Assembly: GCA_001189095.1 (NCBI GenBank)
Contig: LFCK01000001.1
Span: 84,485-148,484 of the forward strand
Source: Parcubacteria bacterium C7867-001
GTDB lineage: Bacteria > Patescibacteriota > Minisyncoccia > Phycocordibacterales > Phycocordibacteraceae
Direction of reading: 5' to 3'
DNA length: 64,000 nucleotides
The notes under the pieces are model-generated. The model searched no databases. It was not told where the DNA came from and saw nothing but the letters and a program-made list of their open reading frames with translations. The translations under genes were made by a program, and so were the position numbers. Shown in pieces: positions 62,533 to 64,000 of this stretch (positions are counted from its first letter, which is position 1; each line of letters opens with the position of its first letter).

Positions 62533-62820
62533 CTAGTGCAGCAGGCCCGAAACAAACTCCGGGAAGAACATGACAGCTCCCGCGCTAAGCGCGCCAAGGC
62601 AAGACAGCACGGCTAAGGCCCAGAAAACCGGGGTTAGCGACTTCTTGCTCTCCACGAAGTCGGCCAGCAGCGCCGAGCCGGAGCAGAGGAGGAATGACCA
62701 ATACTTGATGTATTGGAGCTCCGTGTGGCCTTTGGTAGCGATCGAAATCGCTGCGAGGATTAGAACGATCCAGAGAAGAGCTGCTGAGATCGTGTACTTA
62801 TTTTTAACTGTTTCTGACAT
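62533..62820 (-). CDS. Small membrane protein, hypothetical
   Basis: 95 aa, three TM helices. Confidence 0.4.
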   Translation of the reverse strand: MSETVKNKYTISAALLWIVLILAAISIATKGHTELQYIKYWSFLLCSGSALLADFVESKKSLTPVFWALAVLSCLGALSAGAVMFFPEFVSGLLH

Positions 62821-62874
62821 GGTGTCACCTCTGAATGTATTTTATCCATATTTATCATATATGTCAATAGATAC

Positions 62875-62908
62875 AGGAAAACGCCGCCCCTCTGGGGCGG
62901 CGTTAGTT
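62875..62908. terminator. Intrinsic terminator
   Basis: AACGCCGCCCC-TCTG-GGGCGGCGTTAGTT. Confidence 0.5.
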
Positions 62909-63443
62909 AGCTTGCGCGAGCGACGCGCTCGAGCTTCGTGCGCTTGGTGATGCCGAGGAATGCCATAGGAACCCCCAGCTGGCTGATCAGCGTTTCCGGC
63001 GGAGTCCATTGCATGGACAGGCGGTATTGCCGAGGGCCGTTAGGCGCAGCGTACGGCATGAAGGGCGCTCCCTTGAAGGAGAGGAGCGTCCCCGGCGCCG
63101 CGATACGCAGCGGCCACGCAGGGAAGCCGAACGCCTTCCGAAAAGCGAGCAGTTCATACAGGTTCGCCGGCTCGATTTTGTAGCGAGTATGGGCGAACGC
63201 CCAATGCACATCGGCGATCTTGGGTGGCGAATGAAACTGCAGCAAGCGGAATTTGCATTCGTGAACGCCGATATGCGGCGTTTCGAACAGCCGCCAATTT
63301 TCGCTATAGGCGAGCTCAATTTTCGGGTCGAGCAGGCTCACAGAAGCGTTTGGGAATTCACGTCGAATTTGGAACATAACAGGTTCGCCGTAGTTAACGG
63401 TCAGAACCCGCCTTTTCTTCAGCAGGAATTTGGAACTATGCAT
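62907..63443 (-). CDS. Hypothetical protein
   Basis: 178-aa ORF; no recognised motif. Confidence 0.4.
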   Translation of the reverse strand: MHSSKFLLKKRRVLTVNYGEPVMFQIRREFPNASVSLLDPKIELAYSENWRLFETPHIGVHECKFRLLQFHSPPKIADVHWAFAHTRYKIEPANLYELLAFRKAFGFPAWPLRIAAPGTLLSFKGAPFMPYAAPNGPRQYRLSMQWTPPETLISQLGVPMAFLGITKRTKLERVARAS

Positions 63444-63485
63444 TTGTTCCTCCTTTTCTTCTATTTTTCTAACACAAAAACTCTT

Positions 63486-64000
63486 TTACGCAACTTCTTT
63501 CAAGTGATCGATGAGTGAATCAAACGGAATGAATGTTTCGGTGTGGGAAGAACGCTCGCGGAGAATGACGGAGCGTTCGAGCGCTTCTTTGCGGCCCATG
63601 ATGATGAGATACGGCGGGTTCGCGACTTCCGCGAGACGCATCTGCTCAGTGAGGGACTCAATGCCGATCGATTGCATCATCGGAATGCGCGCATGGCGCA
63701 GGGAATCGGCCATCTTGATGCTTTCGCGCTTGGCTTCGTCGCCAATGTGCACAAAGGCAAACCGTGGCGTCTTGTGCTCCTTCATCGGAGGAATTACCGA
63801 GCGGCTTTCGGTGGTAATACGGATAACCGCGCCTATAGATGGAATCGCGGACTTAAAGAAAGGACGCGTTAGTTCGCTGTAGCGCGAGCCCCATGCGCGC
63901 ATATCGTCGCTGCCATGGACCTCGAAGCAGGTTTCCGTCCATGACGATCCGCGTGAGAATATTTCCGGCGCAAGCTCGTATGGCGTTTCGGTTTCCTCGA
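63486..64000 (-). CDS. Class II aminoacyl-tRNA synthetase C-terminal fragment (HisRS-like motif 3 plus anticodon-binding domain); partial, N-terminus beyond the window
   Basis: Manual extension above the track's M at 63902 continues with no stop to 64000. WGSRYSELTRPFFKSAIPSIGAVIRI resembles the HisRS GGRYD.L...P.VGF motif-3 region. C-terminus PYLIIMGRKEALERSVILRERSS resembles an anticodon-binding domain. Confidence 0.4.
   Translation of the reverse strand, partial: EETETPYELAPEIFSRGSSWTETCFEVHGSDDMRAWGSRYSELTRPFFKSAIPSIGAVIRITTESRSVIPPMKEHKTPRFAFVHIGDEAKRESIKMADSLRHARIPMMQSIGIESLTEQMRLAEVANPPYLIIMGRKEALERSVILRERSSHTETFIPFDSLIDHLKEVA

Noticed and set aside
1-64000. CRISPR arrays, rRNA and tRNA genes
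   Set aside because: No regularly spaced direct repeats, no rRNA-like conserved blocks, and no cloverleaf-compatible GTTC-containing candidates outside coding regions were found.

Overview
This is a gene-dense, moderately GC-rich (~55%) bacterial segment with short intergenic spacers and GC-rich tetraloop terminators. Many small membrane or hypothetical proteins, a five-pilin type IV pilus operon with giant pilins, a PaaX-like regulator, GIY-YIG and DUF1360 proteins, and S21 ribosomal protein together suggest a small-genome, possibly Patescibacteria/CPR-like lineage, but lineage cannot be established without database searches. I recognise these housekeeping genes: bcp, hisS, prmC, purN, cydAB, uppP, nrdA, lexA, nrdB, purF, trxB, ftsZ, ftsA, ybeY and rpsU. 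Features that look accessory or unusual: (1) two perfect 36-38 bp palindromes exactly bracketing a PaaX-like regulator gene next to a 965-aa secreted lipase/esterase with a coiled-coil tail; (2) a PilB-PilC-led type IV pilus operon with five prepilin-like genes, two of them giant (662 and 882 aa) carrying a vWA/MIDAS domain, a reiterated ~100-aa module, an LVIVD-like beta-propeller and a Ca-binding/polyproline tail; (3) a mannoside-processing operon (cupin PMI-like, three GH130 phosphorylase domains in two genes, and an unusual HAD-IIB::FAD-oxidase fusion); (4) a bipartite long-range inverted repeat (18+17 bp arms) in a convergent intergenic spacer; (5) a nrdA-lexA-nrdB arrangement with a possibly leaderless, palindrome-rich lexA promoter; (6) a GcrA-like regulator next to a two-component system; (7) a partial secreted tandem-CBM-like protein at the left edge that the ORF track missed. 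No rRNA, tRNA or CRISPR array was seen.
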